Of a stretch of DNA of 64,000 nt, positions 51,534 to 61,283 are shown piece by piece. The position numbers and the translations under genes are program-made. Position 1 is the stretch's first letter, and every line of letters starts with the position of its first letter. This DNA is from an uncultured delta proteobacterium (GTDB taxonomy: Bacteria; Desulfobacterota; Binatia; UBA9968), in NCBI GenBank assembly GCA_963728565.1, contig CAVSLC010000014.1:78030-142029 (forward strand), read 5' to 3'. The notes beneath the pieces were generated by a model, which was not told the origin of the DNA, searched no databases, and saw nothing but the letters and a program-made list of their open reading frames with translations.

Positions 51534-51759
51534 ATGAGATCTGTCCTTCATGATGTTAGATGAGGCTATCGTATAAACGAGAACGCCGCCAGCAGCCATT
51601 ACTGCGGCGCCCGGTTAGCCGCTGCGCCGGATAACAGAGAGACTAACGGTTTTATCATCTTGAAGTTCGTCATCTGAGCGACACAAGGTGTCGCTTCACG
51701 CCGCACTCGCCTCGCAAATACTGGTAATGTTCAGCTGAGCTTCTTGAAGCGTACTCGGA

Positions 51760-51836
51760 AAAATATCCCTCGCATTCCGCTTGGAATGACATCATAATAC
51801 AGGAGCTATTATCTCGAACGAAGTGAGAGAGCTTTC
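51760..51836. repeat. Inverted pair of degenerate REP-like palindromes
   Basis: ATCCCTCGCATTCCGCTTGGAATGACA followed by TATTATCTCGAACGAAGTGAGAGAGC, which is roughly its reverse complement. Confidence 0.55.
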
Positions 51837-51850
51837 TCTAAATGAACCAC

Positions 51851-52055
51851 GAGTATCCTGTACCAGAAGTTCGCTGCATAACTCCCACGACATTCCCTCC
51901 GAAAATCTCCCCCTTACCCCTTTTCCAAAGAGGGGGTTAGGAGTCGACGGAGAAGAATCCCTCTTTGAAAAAGGGGGAAACAGGGGGATTTGAGTTCGAC
52001 TTCAGCCGCTTTATCGTTTGGACTTCTTCAACGAATTTAAAGAGACACCACACTA
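51851..52055. mobile_element. Second MITE-like element enclosing a CCCC/GGGG-rich inverted repeat
   Basis: Imperfect ends AGTATCCTGT...AAGTTCGCTG and CAACGAATTT...ACACCACACTA. Internal arms at 51903-51936 and 51958-51991 are near reverse complements. Confidence 0.55.
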
Positions 52056-52108
52056 GCGAAATACTTCTAATATTGGATGTCGAGTTTGATTCCTGTTAAT
52101 GGCTAGAT

Positions 52109-53428
52109 GTGGAATCGACGATCGAACAGGCGCGTCCCGCGGCCAAAGAGAAGTTCTTCTATGGTTGGTACATCGTCGGCGTCGGTTTTCTAGCCAACGT
52201 TGCCTCCGCTTTTTCTCTCGCCAGCACCATGAGCGTGTTTCTGAAACCGCTCACTGCCGATCTGGGCGTCTCGCGCGGCGTTTTCTCTTTGCTCCGTTCG
52301 GGTGAAGGGCTGATCGCGGCATTCCTGGCGCCGGTGATCGGCACGTTAATGGATCGTTATGGCGGTCGCTGGTTGATGGTTTTCGGCGCGATCATCGCCA
52401 GCCTTGGTTACATCGTTCTCAGCCACGTCGATAATTTTTTCCAATTCAGCATCGTGCGCTTGAGTCTCATCACCATCGGCGATTCGTTCATGGGATATAT
52501 CGTAATCAATCTGGCCATTGCCCATTGGTTTTCGCGCAAGCGCGGCCGGGCGCTGGCGCTTACCAGCATGGGCATCGGTTTTGCCAAAGTGGGCATGCCC
52601 GTGCTGGCGGCATCATTGATCGTTTGGCTTGGATGGCGCCAGACATGGCTGGTGTTCGGAATTGTCACGTTGGTTTTGGTAGTCGGGCCGGCGCTGCTGA
52701 TCGTGCGCCGTTCGCCCGAAGACATGGGGCTCAATCCCGATGGCGCTTCCTCAGCGTCTCCGAAGGATGAGCCGATCACCCATACAGCCCAGACTCCTTC
52801 GATCACATCCCAAGCGCTCCGCGACGATGTCGACTGGACACGAAACGAAGCGCTACACACGCGGGCGTTTTGGCTGCTCGTGGTTACTTTCGGCATTTCC
52901 AGCATCGGCGTGACGGGCTTGAATCTTCACGTGTTTCCGTACGTCAATGATTTGGGTCATCCGCCGGTTGTCGCCGCCACCGTGATGAGCGTCATCGCAT
53001 CCATGCAGCTTGCCTCGCCGATAGCTTGGGGTATTCTCGCTGAACGAATCGACACGCGCTTTGCGGCCACATTGCGGTTCGTTGTCCAGGGGATCGGCCT
53101 CGGCCTCGCGGTCATGACCGATAATCTCTTCTGTCTCTATGCCGGATTTTTTCTCTATGGTATTGGCCTGGGAGGCAACATGGTCCTTCCCGATATTCTC
53201 TGGGCAGACTACTTTGGCCGTCGTTCACTCGGCAAAGTTCGCGGCCTGGGTTTGCTCATTTCACAGACTGTGGCCGCTTTCGGACCGCCGTTTTTCGGGT
53301 TTCTGTTCGATCTCACCGGCGCCTACGATCTTTCTTTTATGCTGTTCGGCGCGGCACTGATCACATCGGCGTTTCTCAGCCTGATGTTGCGGCCGCCGGT
53401 GAAGACAATGAGCGAACAATTAAATTGA
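52109..53428 (+). CDS. MFS transporter (OFA/MCT-like)
   Basis: FFYGWYIV, G.LMDRYGGR, WFSRKRGRA and ADYFGRR motifs, with about 12 TM segments. Confidence 0.9.
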   Translation: MESTIEQARPAAKEKFFYGWYIVGVGFLANVASAFSLASTMSVFLKPLTADLGVSRGVFSLLRSGEGLIAAFLAPVIGTLMDRYGGRWLMVFGAIIASLGYIVLSHVDNFFQFSIVRLSLITIGDSFMGYIVINLAIAHWFSRKRGRALALTSMGIGFAKVGMPVLAASLIVWLGWRQTWLVFGIVTLVLVVGPALLIVRRSPEDMGLNPDGASSASPKDEPITHTAQTPSITSQALRDDVDWTRNEALHTRAFWLLVVTFGISSIGVTGLNLHVFPYVNDLGHPPVVAATVMSVIASMQLASPIAWGILAERIDTRFAATLRFVVQGIGLGLAVMTDNLFCLYAGFFLYGIGLGGNMVLPDILWADYFGRRSLGKVRGLGLLISQTVAAFGPPFFGFLFDLTGAYDLSFMLFGAALITSAFLSLMLRPPVKTMSEQLN

Positions 53429-53451
53429 TGCGATGAGTGAGGGAGAATCCC

Positions 53452-54730
53452 ATGTCTTTGCAAACCGTTCATCTTGATGTCGACAACTCAACTGCAGATC
53501 AGCAGGTAGCTCGATTGAAAGAGCAACACGTTTTGCTGCGCGGTAAGGGCGCTGTAGTGCGAGCGCGCGTGCAGGACTTGCCGGTGCGGCAGTACATCTC
53601 TCTGTTGGAGCGCGGCTACCGAGTGGGATTGGAGCAAGATTGCGACGGCTTTAACTTGACTCTGGATCCTGATGGATCGACGCCGCGCACAGGAGTTCGA
53701 GGCGCGCACTCGGTCGTGAGCCATGACGACGGCCGCGTGTATGCAAATACGACTGACAATCGGGTCGCGGTCATCGATGGGGCGACGCGGCGTTTGAAAA
53801 AACACATTCCTACCGGCGACGATCCATCGCATCTGGAATTGTCCGGCGACGGGAAACGTCTTTATGTCGCTAACAGCGGCTCCAACGACGTGACGATTAT
53901 CGACACGACCAACGATGAAGTACTGGCGACAGCTTCGACCGGAAAGCGTCCACTGCTTCCCTGCGTCTCTACAAACGGAGACGCCATTTATTTGCCGAGC
54001 GGCCCGGAACGGTCGGTCACAGTGCTCGGCTCCGATGGCGAGCTTCGCGCAAGGATTGCGGTCGGCATCGCACCCCACGACATTGCGGTTTCCCCGGACA
54101 GCCGTTGGGCTTACCAGCCCAACTCCGCTTCGCATACGGTCACGGTCATCGATGGCCGGAACTATTCCGTTGCCGGCGAGATTAAAGTCGGTATGGGTCC
54201 GGGGCACATCGCCTTCGATCCCGAGAGTCGCTTCGGTTACGTGGCGAACACCGTGTCGGATGACGTGACGGTCATCGATATCGGAATTCATGAGGTCGTC
54301 GCATCGATACCAGCCGGGCGAGGGGCGCATCTTCCGGTGATTAGCCCGGATGGACGTTACGGATACGTCGCCAATTTTGCCTCCGATAATCTGACGGTAT
54401 GGGATTGTAAGACCATGGCATGTGATCGCCATGATCCCGGTGGGTATTTATCCGCACTTCTTCGCGCTTAGCAACGACGGCGATTGGCTTGTGGTCTCGA
54501 ACACCGGCGAATCCAGCGTCTGCATCATCGATGCTCGCCGCCACGAAATACGAGCACGACTTGAAGTCGGCCCAGCCCCGGCGCACCTGGCCTTCAGCCC
54601 GGACAACGAATGCGCCTTCGTCGGCTGCGAGAGCAGCGATGAAGTGGCGGTCATCGACCTAAGAAAACAAACGATCGTTGAATCGGTCAAAGCAGGTCAG
54701 GTCGCCCGGAAGCAATCGCAGTCAAGGTGA
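53452..54730 (+). CDS. YVTN-type beta-propeller protein with extra N-terminal domain (one frameshift near 54416 as assembled)
   Basis: Repeated xYVxN..S..VxVID blades that continue in ORF 54422-54730. Confidence 0.8.
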
Positions 54731-54850
54731 ATTTTAAGTAGCGAGACCTAAAATTCTCTTGTGCCGGTTGCAAGAGCGCGGTCGCGCTGTGGTGTTACCT
54801 CGGCGTGTAGTATCCTCCGACCCGCCACCAGCGGATAATCGACGTAAGTC

Positions 54851-55861
54851 TTACCGCAGCTTAAATATCTCTTTCCAGATTTTTTCGTACTTGGGGTACT
54901 GCTGAATATCGGCGACACTGATAGGATAGATCTTCGCCGGCCGAACCTTTTCCGGAGGCTCGACGTTCGGATGAGCCGTGGTGCGTCCACCCGCTGCCAT
55001 CACTTTCTGTCCCTCCCGGCTGGTGATCCAGCGAGCGAACAACAGGGCCGTGTTGGGATGAGGCGCGTTTTTAAGAACGGTCATGGAGCCGATCCCCGCA
55101 ACCCCTTCGGTCAGCATATAGTTCAGCGGCGCGCCTTTTTGGATGCGGCGCGGAAAATGATGAGAATAGCAGGTAAAACAAGCCGCGGACTGTCCGGCGA
55201 TCAGCAGCTCGGCCAACTGAGAATGGCCTCTGTGGAACTCCGGATTGTTGGCGGCAATTTTCTTCATCAAAGAAATGGCCTTTTCGTCGCTCTTGAACTT
55301 GTACCTTGCCAAGCCAATCAGTATCTCGATATCCCGGGGCTCGCCGATCAAGCGGTTTTTCCATTTAGGGTCGGCAAAGTCGTCAAATTGCTTCGGCTCT
55401 TCATCTTTCTTGACCAGGTTAGTGTTCCAGCCGGCGATATAAATGTCCAAGTCGGACGCAACCCAAAAGCTTCCCTTCATGCCCTCGGGGTATTCCCGAG
55501 CCTCGGGAATATTCAATTCCAACAATAGCTTTTGATCGTGGGCCTGAATCGCTTCGCTTAAATTCACCTGTAAGACATCAGCTATGGTTTTTCCGCCCCT
55601 GGCTTCGGCTATGGCGCGCGCAACCAGCTTATCGTTAGTCGAATCGATGTGATTGATCCTGAGCCCGGGGAAGCTTTTCTCGAATACCGGAAGGATTTTT
55701 TCAGCGTTGATCTGCGCCAACGTGCCGTAGAAATTCAATGTGCCGCCTTCTTTCAAGGCTTTCTTGTAAAGCTCGTCCATACTTTCAGATTGAGCCCAAG
55801 CCGAACAGGCAAGCAGTAAAGAAACCAGCGCAAAGGCGCCCGTCCGTATCGATCTAACCAT
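54851..55861 (-). CDS. Extracellular solute-binding protein (Fe/thiamine/polyamine-like cluster)
   Basis: Signal peptide and ALKEGG.L..Y, P...DF.DPKWK, KNAPHPNTALLF.W..S.EGQ motifs. Confidence 0.88.
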   Translation of the reverse strand: MVRSIRTGAFALVSLLLACSAWAQSESMDELYKKALKEGGTLNFYGTLAQINAEKILPVFEKSFPGLRINHIDSTNDKLVARAIAEARGGKTIADVLQVNLSEAIQAHDQKLLLELNIPEAREYPEGMKGSFWVASDLDIYIAGWNTNLVKKDEEPKQFDDFADPKWKNRLIGEPRDIEILIGLARYKFKSDEKAISLMKKIAANNPEFHRGHSQLAELLIAGQSAACFTCYSHHFPRRIQKGAPLNYMLTEGVAGIGSMTVLKNAPHPNTALLFARWITSREGQKVMAAGGRTTAHPNVEPPEKVRPAKIYPISVADIQQYPKYEKIWKEIFKLR

Positions 55862-56028
55862 CGAAAACCTCCTCAGGCCGTTATTTGCTTTCTACCTTGA
55901 TGCGGTAGATCAGGCGCTTTCGGAAAACATCAACAGACCGGATGCGACGCAATTTTACGCGTCGCTTTGTTGCGTTACTCCCAACTGCAAAATCCCGCTC
56001 TACGCATGCGGGGCAGCGGCATTTCCGC

Positions 56029-58479
56029 TCAGCCGGCTTGACGCACACGGCAGAGATAAGAGCGGTGCGGCAGCGAGCCGCTGATTGAGTCGGTAATGTC
56101 CGTGCCGATGAGAGTTGACGGATTGGCGCCGTTGCTGTTGTAGGGATCATAGCCGGGCAGTTCCAGCTCTTTGCAGTCCTGCCACCAGCCGTGCTGGCAA
56201 CAGATCACGCCGGGGACGATGTTCGTGGTCACCCGCGCCTTCACCTTGATCGCGCCGCGAGGGCTTTCGACAATCATCCACTCTTTGTTGGCAATTCCAT
56301 AAAGCGCGGCCGTTTCGGGATGAATATCGGCGGTAGGCTGCGGCGAGATTTTACGCAGACTCGGCAGCGCGCGTTGCTGGCTATGAATGAAGGTGGTGAA
56401 CTTCGCGTTGGTCAGCACAAGCGGATATTCCGCGGCGATGTCCGGCCGACTGACCGGACTCAACGCAGGCTCGATGTATTCCGGCAACGCCGGATAACCG
56501 TGCGCGGCAAAGGTCGCGCAGTAAAGCTCAACCTTCTTCGAAGGTGTGGCAAAACCACGCACCGCGCCGTCTTTGTTGATCCCGGCGTATTTCTGGTAGG
56601 CCGGCTGCGCTGGAATTGAGATCCCGCCGGCAGACTGCTTGAGTTGCGTTAAAGTCACTCCGGTGGGTTCGAGCTCGTAGGCGTAACCGGCTTCGACATC
56701 ACCGTCCCAGAATTTGTCGCCGAAACCGAGCCGTTTGGCCAATTCAAAAATGATCCAGGTATCGGAGCGCCGCTCGCCCGCCGGTTGCACCACCGCGGGC
56801 CGGTACTGCATGTGAGTCTTGCCCGCCGGCCGGTGTTCAAAGCTCGTCGTGATACCTGCCATCTCCAGGAAACTCGTGGCCGGCAGCACGTAATCGCAAA
56901 GCTCCGCGGTCGGCGTCATAAAGAGATCGGCTGCGACGCCGAGTTCAACGGCCATCATCGCCTCGCGGGCGCGTCTCGAGTCCGCGGTGGAGAGGACCGT
57001 GTTGGAGCCGAAGTTCAGAAACGCTTTGACCGGGTAAGGCTGCTGTTCGAGAATCGCCGTGAAAATATCGTAGGCCGTGCAGTTGCCGGGCTTGGCCGGC
57101 GGGCCAAGCGGTTTTTTCTCGCGGCCGATGCGAATGGCGGCCATATCCCTCGGCAAAAATTCCTTACCGCCGACATCATTGACCTTCAAGCCAGGGAAAA
57201 TAACGTTACCTCCCTGGCGATCGTAGTCGCCGAGAAGCGCATAGAGCGATGCGATGGCGCGGCTGGTCTGCGTCGCATTGGTATGCTGCCCAAGCCCGTT
57301 CCACATGTACATGCTGACCGGTCGATTGTGCGCCAGTAGCAAAGCGGTCCGCCAGACGTTTTTCGCCGGCACCCAGGTGATTTCTTCCGAGCGTTCGGGC
57401 GCATATGCGGCAGCGATCTCGCCGAGTTTTTCAAAAACCGGCATACACGCGATTTCTTCGCCGGATCTTCCTTTCAATGCCCGCCGGCCGAACAGCGCGG
57501 GCTGAATATTGTCGCGTTCGTAGCCGCCGGTGCTCGGATCGTAGATGACCGCTTGGTTCTGAATCTCATCCCATACGAGATATCGATTCGCCGCGCCATT
57601 CGCGACAAGGTCGGCTTCAGTGACGACTTTGTTGGTGGCGGTATCTAAAAGAAAGGCGCCGTTGGTCCATTGACGCGCAAAGCCGGCGTCATACCAGCTC
57701 TCCTCCATAAGGCAATGGATTAAAGCCAACGCGAGCGCGCCGTCGGTGCCGGGCCGCGGTTGCAGCAGTATGTCGGCTTGACTGCCGATGCCGACGCGGC
57801 GCGGATCGATCACGACGGTTTTCATGCCGCGGCTGCGCGCGCTGACGATATCGTGGGCGAGGATTAATGACGTCGAGCTTGGATTATGGCCCCAGAGAAG
57901 AAAGCTTTTGCTGTGCGCCAGGTCCGGAGTTGGAATGCTGCTGCCGAAGGTATAGCTAAAACCGGTGTCTTTGTGCCAGTTGCAGACATGGGTTGTCGAA
58001 ACCCAATTGGGACTGCCAAACAAATTGAGAAAGCGACCGAGCCAGCGCTCGACATCAGCCACCGAGGTACCGCTCCGGGTCCCTTTACCCAGCGCCAATG
58101 CTTTAGCGCCGTGCTGATTGCGAATCGCGCTCAGGCGATTTGCAATATCATCCAGGGCGTCGTCCCAGCTCACTCGCTGCCAGCCCGGATCGGCATCGCC
58201 CTTGGGTCTGGTGCGCTTGAGCGGATGATTGAGTCGATCGGGATGATAAACCAGCTCCGGCGCGGCCTTGCCTTTGACGCATATGACGCCGCCATTGGGG
58301 TGATCGTGATCGGCATCGAGAGCGACGACTCGGCCGTTTTCCACCGTGGCGATAGTGGCGCAGTGCGCCGTGCACAACGCGCAGTAGCCGCGTACCGAGT
58401 GATTGCTGTTGGTTTGTTCGGCAACCGTGATCATGTCGCTCATCGGTTGCGGCTTACTATGGTCGAATGGTCTTGTCAA
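56029..58479 (-). CDS. Bis-MGD molybdopterin oxidoreductase (acetylene-hydratase-like clade); start uncertain
   Basis: CALCTAHC...C.KG [4Fe-4S] motif, HPDRL.HPLKR, WGHNP, and a C-terminal HSQ..HGWW binding domain. Confidence 0.88.
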   Translation of the reverse strand: MTRPFDHSKPQPMSDMITVAEQTNSNHSVRGYCALCTAHCATIATVENGRVVALDADHDHPNGGVICVKGKAAPELVYHPDRLNHPLKRTRPKGDADPGWQRVSWDDALDDIANRLSAIRNQHGAKALALGKGTRSGTSVADVERWLGRFLNLFGSPNWVSTTHVCNWHKDTGFSYTFGSSIPTPDLAHSKSFLLWGHNPSSTSLILAHDIVSARSRGMKTVVIDPRRVGIGSQADILLQPRPGTDGALALALIHCLMEESWYDAGFARQWTNGAFLLDTATNKVVTEADLVANGAANRYLVWDEIQNQAVIYDPSTGGYERDNIQPALFGRRALKGRSGEEIACMPVFEKLGEIAAAYAPERSEEITWVPAKNVWRTALLLAHNRPVSMYMWNGLGQHTNATQTSRAIASLYALLGDYDRQGGNVIFPGLKVNDVGGKEFLPRDMAAIRIGREKKPLGPPAKPGNCTAYDIFTAILEQQPYPVKAFLNFGSNTVLSTADSRRAREAMMAVELGVAADLFMTPTAELCDYVLPATSFLEMAGITTSFEHRPAGKTHMQYRPAVVQPAGERRSDTWIIFELAKRLGFGDKFWDGDVEAGYAYELEPTGVTLTQLKQSAGGISIPAQPAYQKYAGINKDGAVRGFATPSKKVELYCATFAAHGYPALPEYIEPALSPVSRPDIAAEYPLVLTNAKFTTFIHSQQRALPSLRKISPQPTADIHPETAALYGIANKEWMIVESPRGAIKVKARVTTNIVPGVICCQHGWWQDCKELELPGYDPYNSNGANPSTLIGTDITDSISGSLPHRSYLCRVRQAG

Positions 58480-58633
58480 TTAGCAGGTTGCTGAAAAAGA
58501 CTCATATGCTTCGTTGTGCTCAAATCGCCTCGCTGCGACGTACTGTAAGTACGCCTTAGCTCGTCGATTTTTCGCTCGCCTTGCTTCTGGATCTTTTTGA
58601 GCAACCTGCAATAGATTTTTAGCAAACTGTTAG
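58480..58633 (+). mobile_element. MITE copy 3 (best preserved, doubled right end)
   Basis: TIRs GCAGGTTGCTGAAAAAGA and TCTTTTTGAGCAACCTGC match at 17 of 18 positions. A second right-end remnant follows. TTAG lies on both flanks. Confidence 0.85.
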
Positions 58634-58759
58634 GTAACTAAACTATTCCTGCTTTCTGTTTACCGCATTTCCGTCGTGCTTGGATCATCCGGTCCCCGAA
58701 CGGCCGTGGGCTGAAGGAGCGAGGAGTCCGCCTCTCGACTTCGTCGTTGTGATCTCTGG

Positions 58760-60040
58760 TCAATCCTTCTGAGCGCCGCAAATCTCGAGCGCGACGAGTG
58801 CATACATCTTCGCGGCATCGACGATGTCCTTTATTTCGACGAATCGCTCCACTGCGTCCGGCGCGCTCTTGCGCGGCATACCAAAAGTCGCCGCGGGAAT
58901 TCCCACTTCGTTAAAAATATTGATGTCGCGCCACATACTGGTTTCAGCCGTGCTTACGGGCGGCGGCGGAGCGCCTCTGACGAGCAAATGCGCATTGCGA
59001 ATGGCATCGATCAAAGGCTCAACATTCTTGCCTTCGTAGCCTTTGCGCGCCATGAAACATTCGATTGTTCCGCCCAATCCCACCGATTGGACAACGTCGC
59101 GCAGTTCCCGCTCCACCAGATTGAACTTCAGCGGCGGCGGCACCCGCACGTCGACATAGATGCTGCAGCTTTTCGGTGTGGTGCTGGGCTTGTACGGGGC
59201 GCCGGCGCGAATCGCGCCGATACTGACTTTGGGAACCATTTTGCCGACCGGATATTCAATCGTGTGTTTTCTCTCGTATTCTACGGCCCACTTCTCGATG
59301 GCTTGGATTACCGCGACCATTTTGATCAGGGCATTGGGATTGTCTTTGAGCTCACCCCGTTCGGGTATTCTTGGCGTATAAAAACTTTTACCGTCCACAG
59401 TCACTTTGAAATAAGCGGCGCCTGCCTCGATCCAGGTGACGCCAAAATCGGTAGTTTCGGCGATCAAAGCGAAATCGCCGTTGATGCCATGGGTCACTGC
59501 ATGGCGGCTGCCATAACCTTTGCCGATGAATTTCGCGCCGCGGAATTCATCCACCGGTCCCATGCCGATCTCGCCGACTACCATCGTCATCAGGATATCG
59601 CCGGCTAAACCAATGCCGCTGTTTTTGATGGCTTTGGTCGCGATCATGAACGCCGCCATCGGACCGCGATCGTTTTGCACCGCCAGGCCAAAGATTCTTT
59701 TCTTATCCTGATCGACTGATGCGGTGGGGCCAGGCGGAGGTTCCTCATCGAGGCGCATCGGCATGCCTTGCTCGGAATCCATATGGCTGTTGAAGATCAA
59801 ACTCTTACCTGGCCCCGTGCCCGGCAGTATGCCGATCGTGTTTGAGCGCCCTTCGGAAACCAGTTGCTGGTAGGAGTTGTCAAAACCATTTGCCCTGAGC
59901 CATCGCAGCACGAAATCCGCCATCGGTTGCTCGTAGCCAGATGGCGCCTTGATATTTCCCATCGCCACAGCCAATTCGACCAACTCCTGTTCGTCGATTA
60001 ACTTGAGAACCGCGTCCTGCTCCGTCGTTGAACCACTCAT
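58760..60040 (-). CDS. M20 (ArgE/DapE-like) peptidase-family protein with atypical metal-site residues
   Basis: GRSNTIG..PG.G.GKSLIFNSHMD, IAETT and dimerisation domain. NDRG and GEI replace the canonical motifs. Confidence 0.82.
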   Translation of the reverse strand: MSGSTTEQDAVLKLIDEQELVELAVAMGNIKAPSGYEQPMADFVLRWLRANGFDNSYQQLVSEGRSNTIGILPGTGPGKSLIFNSHMDSEQGMPMRLDEEPPPGPTASVDQDKKRIFGLAVQNDRGPMAAFMIATKAIKNSGIGLAGDILMTMVVGEIGMGPVDEFRGAKFIGKGYGSRHAVTHGINGDFALIAETTDFGVTWIEAGAAYFKVTVDGKSFYTPRIPERGELKDNPNALIKMVAVIQAIEKWAVEYERKHTIEYPVGKMVPKVSIGAIRAGAPYKPSTTPKSCSIYVDVRVPPPLKFNLVERELRDVVQSVGLGGTIECFMARKGYEGKNVEPLIDAIRNAHLLVRGAPPPPVSTAETSMWRDINIFNEVGIPAATFGMPRKSAPDAVERFVEIKDIVDAAKMYALVALEICGAQKD

Positions 60041-60222
60041 CTGAGCCTCCCCTTATTCATTAATCTCCACGGCTGCTGAAAAACACTGCCCTCGCGTTGC
60101 TCTTCCGGCATCGCTCCAGCATTACCGCAGACATAACTGCCGGCTCAAGAAAAACCAAGGCAGTGCGGATTGCTTTTACTTTGAGCAAAAGTGCATTAGT
60201 TCTGTGTCGAGGTTGAACCCGC

Positions 60223-61017
60223 GTGATAAAAATTCCTGCGCTCGAACTTCGCGATGTTTCATACGTCGGCAACGGTAAAGCAATTCTCCGGAATATCGAC
60301 TGGTCGGTTCGATCCGGCGAGCATTGGGCCATTCTGGGTCCCAATGGTTCCGGCAAGACCACACTGTTAAAGATTGCTTGTGGCTATATCTGGCCTAACG
60401 CCGGCGGCGAAGTGTTTCGGCGAGGGAAGTCGCTGACCAATCTTCCTGAACTGCGCAAGAGCATCGGCTGGGTAACATCAACTTTGACGGCGCAAATACC
60501 GAATCACGAAAAAATCATTAGAACCGTGGTATCGGGAAGGTTCGCGCAGATCGGCCTTCTCGAACAATTTGGCGGCGATGCCGGCAAGAGGGATTACGCG
60601 GCCGCTCGGCGCTACTTGTCCGAGATGGGTTGCGATCACCTGCGCGATCAGGAGTTTGGGGTTTTATCTCAGGGTGAGCAGCAGAAGGTATTGATCGCGC
60701 GCGCCCGCATGACACGGCCTTACCTGATTGTGTTGGATGAGCCGTGCGCCGGCATGGATCCGGGCGCGCGTGAAAATTTTTTAGCGACGCTTGGGCGAAT
60801 CGCCCGCCAGTCAAGAATCCCGGCTCTGATCTATGTCACCCATCACGTCGAAGAAATTCTGCCGATGTTCAAAAAAACTCTCATCTTGAAAGACGGCCGG
60901 GTAGTTGATTGTGGCAATACGGACCGCGTGCTGAAGGGCGATATCTTGCGGGAGCTCTACGGTATATCCTTGAGCATCATGAAAAGAAAAGGGCGTTGCT
61001 GGCCGGTTGTCCAGTGA
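60223..61017 (+). CDS. ABC ATPase (ModF/YlmA-like)
   Basis: GEHWAILGPNGSGKTT, LSQGEQQK, LDEPCAG and VTHHVEEI motifs. Confidence 0.88.
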   Translation: MIKIPALELRDVSYVGNGKAILRNIDWSVRSGEHWAILGPNGSGKTTLLKIACGYIWPNAGGEVFRRGKSLTNLPELRKSIGWVTSTLTAQIPNHEKIIRTVVSGRFAQIGLLEQFGGDAGKRDYAAARRYLSEMGCDHLRDQEFGVLSQGEQQKVLIARARMTRPYLIVLDEPCAGMDPGARENFLATLGRIARQSRIPALIYVTHHVEEILPMFKKTLILKDGRVVDCGNTDRVLKGDILRELYGISLSIMKRKGRCWPVVQ

Positions 61018-61283
61018 CCGCGGCGTTGCGATCCTTATCGATCCCACAAAAACAAAGCTGTGAGCGATTCTAAAGGGCGACGCGGGAGAGCGAAGTCATG
61101 GCGGCGAACAGGTCCGGTGCGCCGGTCCGGAGCTCGCGTCTCAGCCGTCAGCGTAGAAAATCACCTTGCACCCGAGTACCCGAGTATCGAGGCAGGAAAT
61201 CCAAGCTAACTGATGGGCTGTCCTTATTAGCACACACGGTCAATCATCCGGAACCCCCTAGTCACATCACATTCTTCACACCC

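Noticed and set aside
56029-58479. Selenocysteine recoding suggested by yqeC
   Set aside because: There is no in-frame TGA in this or any other enzyme ORF, and YqeC marks a labile-Se cofactor rather than Sec.
58634-58759. Moco/Wco riboswitch upstream of the molybdopterin oxidoreductase
   Set aside because: I could not find the conserved motif words by eye. A cmscan against Rfam would be needed.
61171-61191. CCCGAGTA tandem repeat upstream of the DHA2 transporter
   Set aside because: Only two and a half short units, compatible with chance or slippage.
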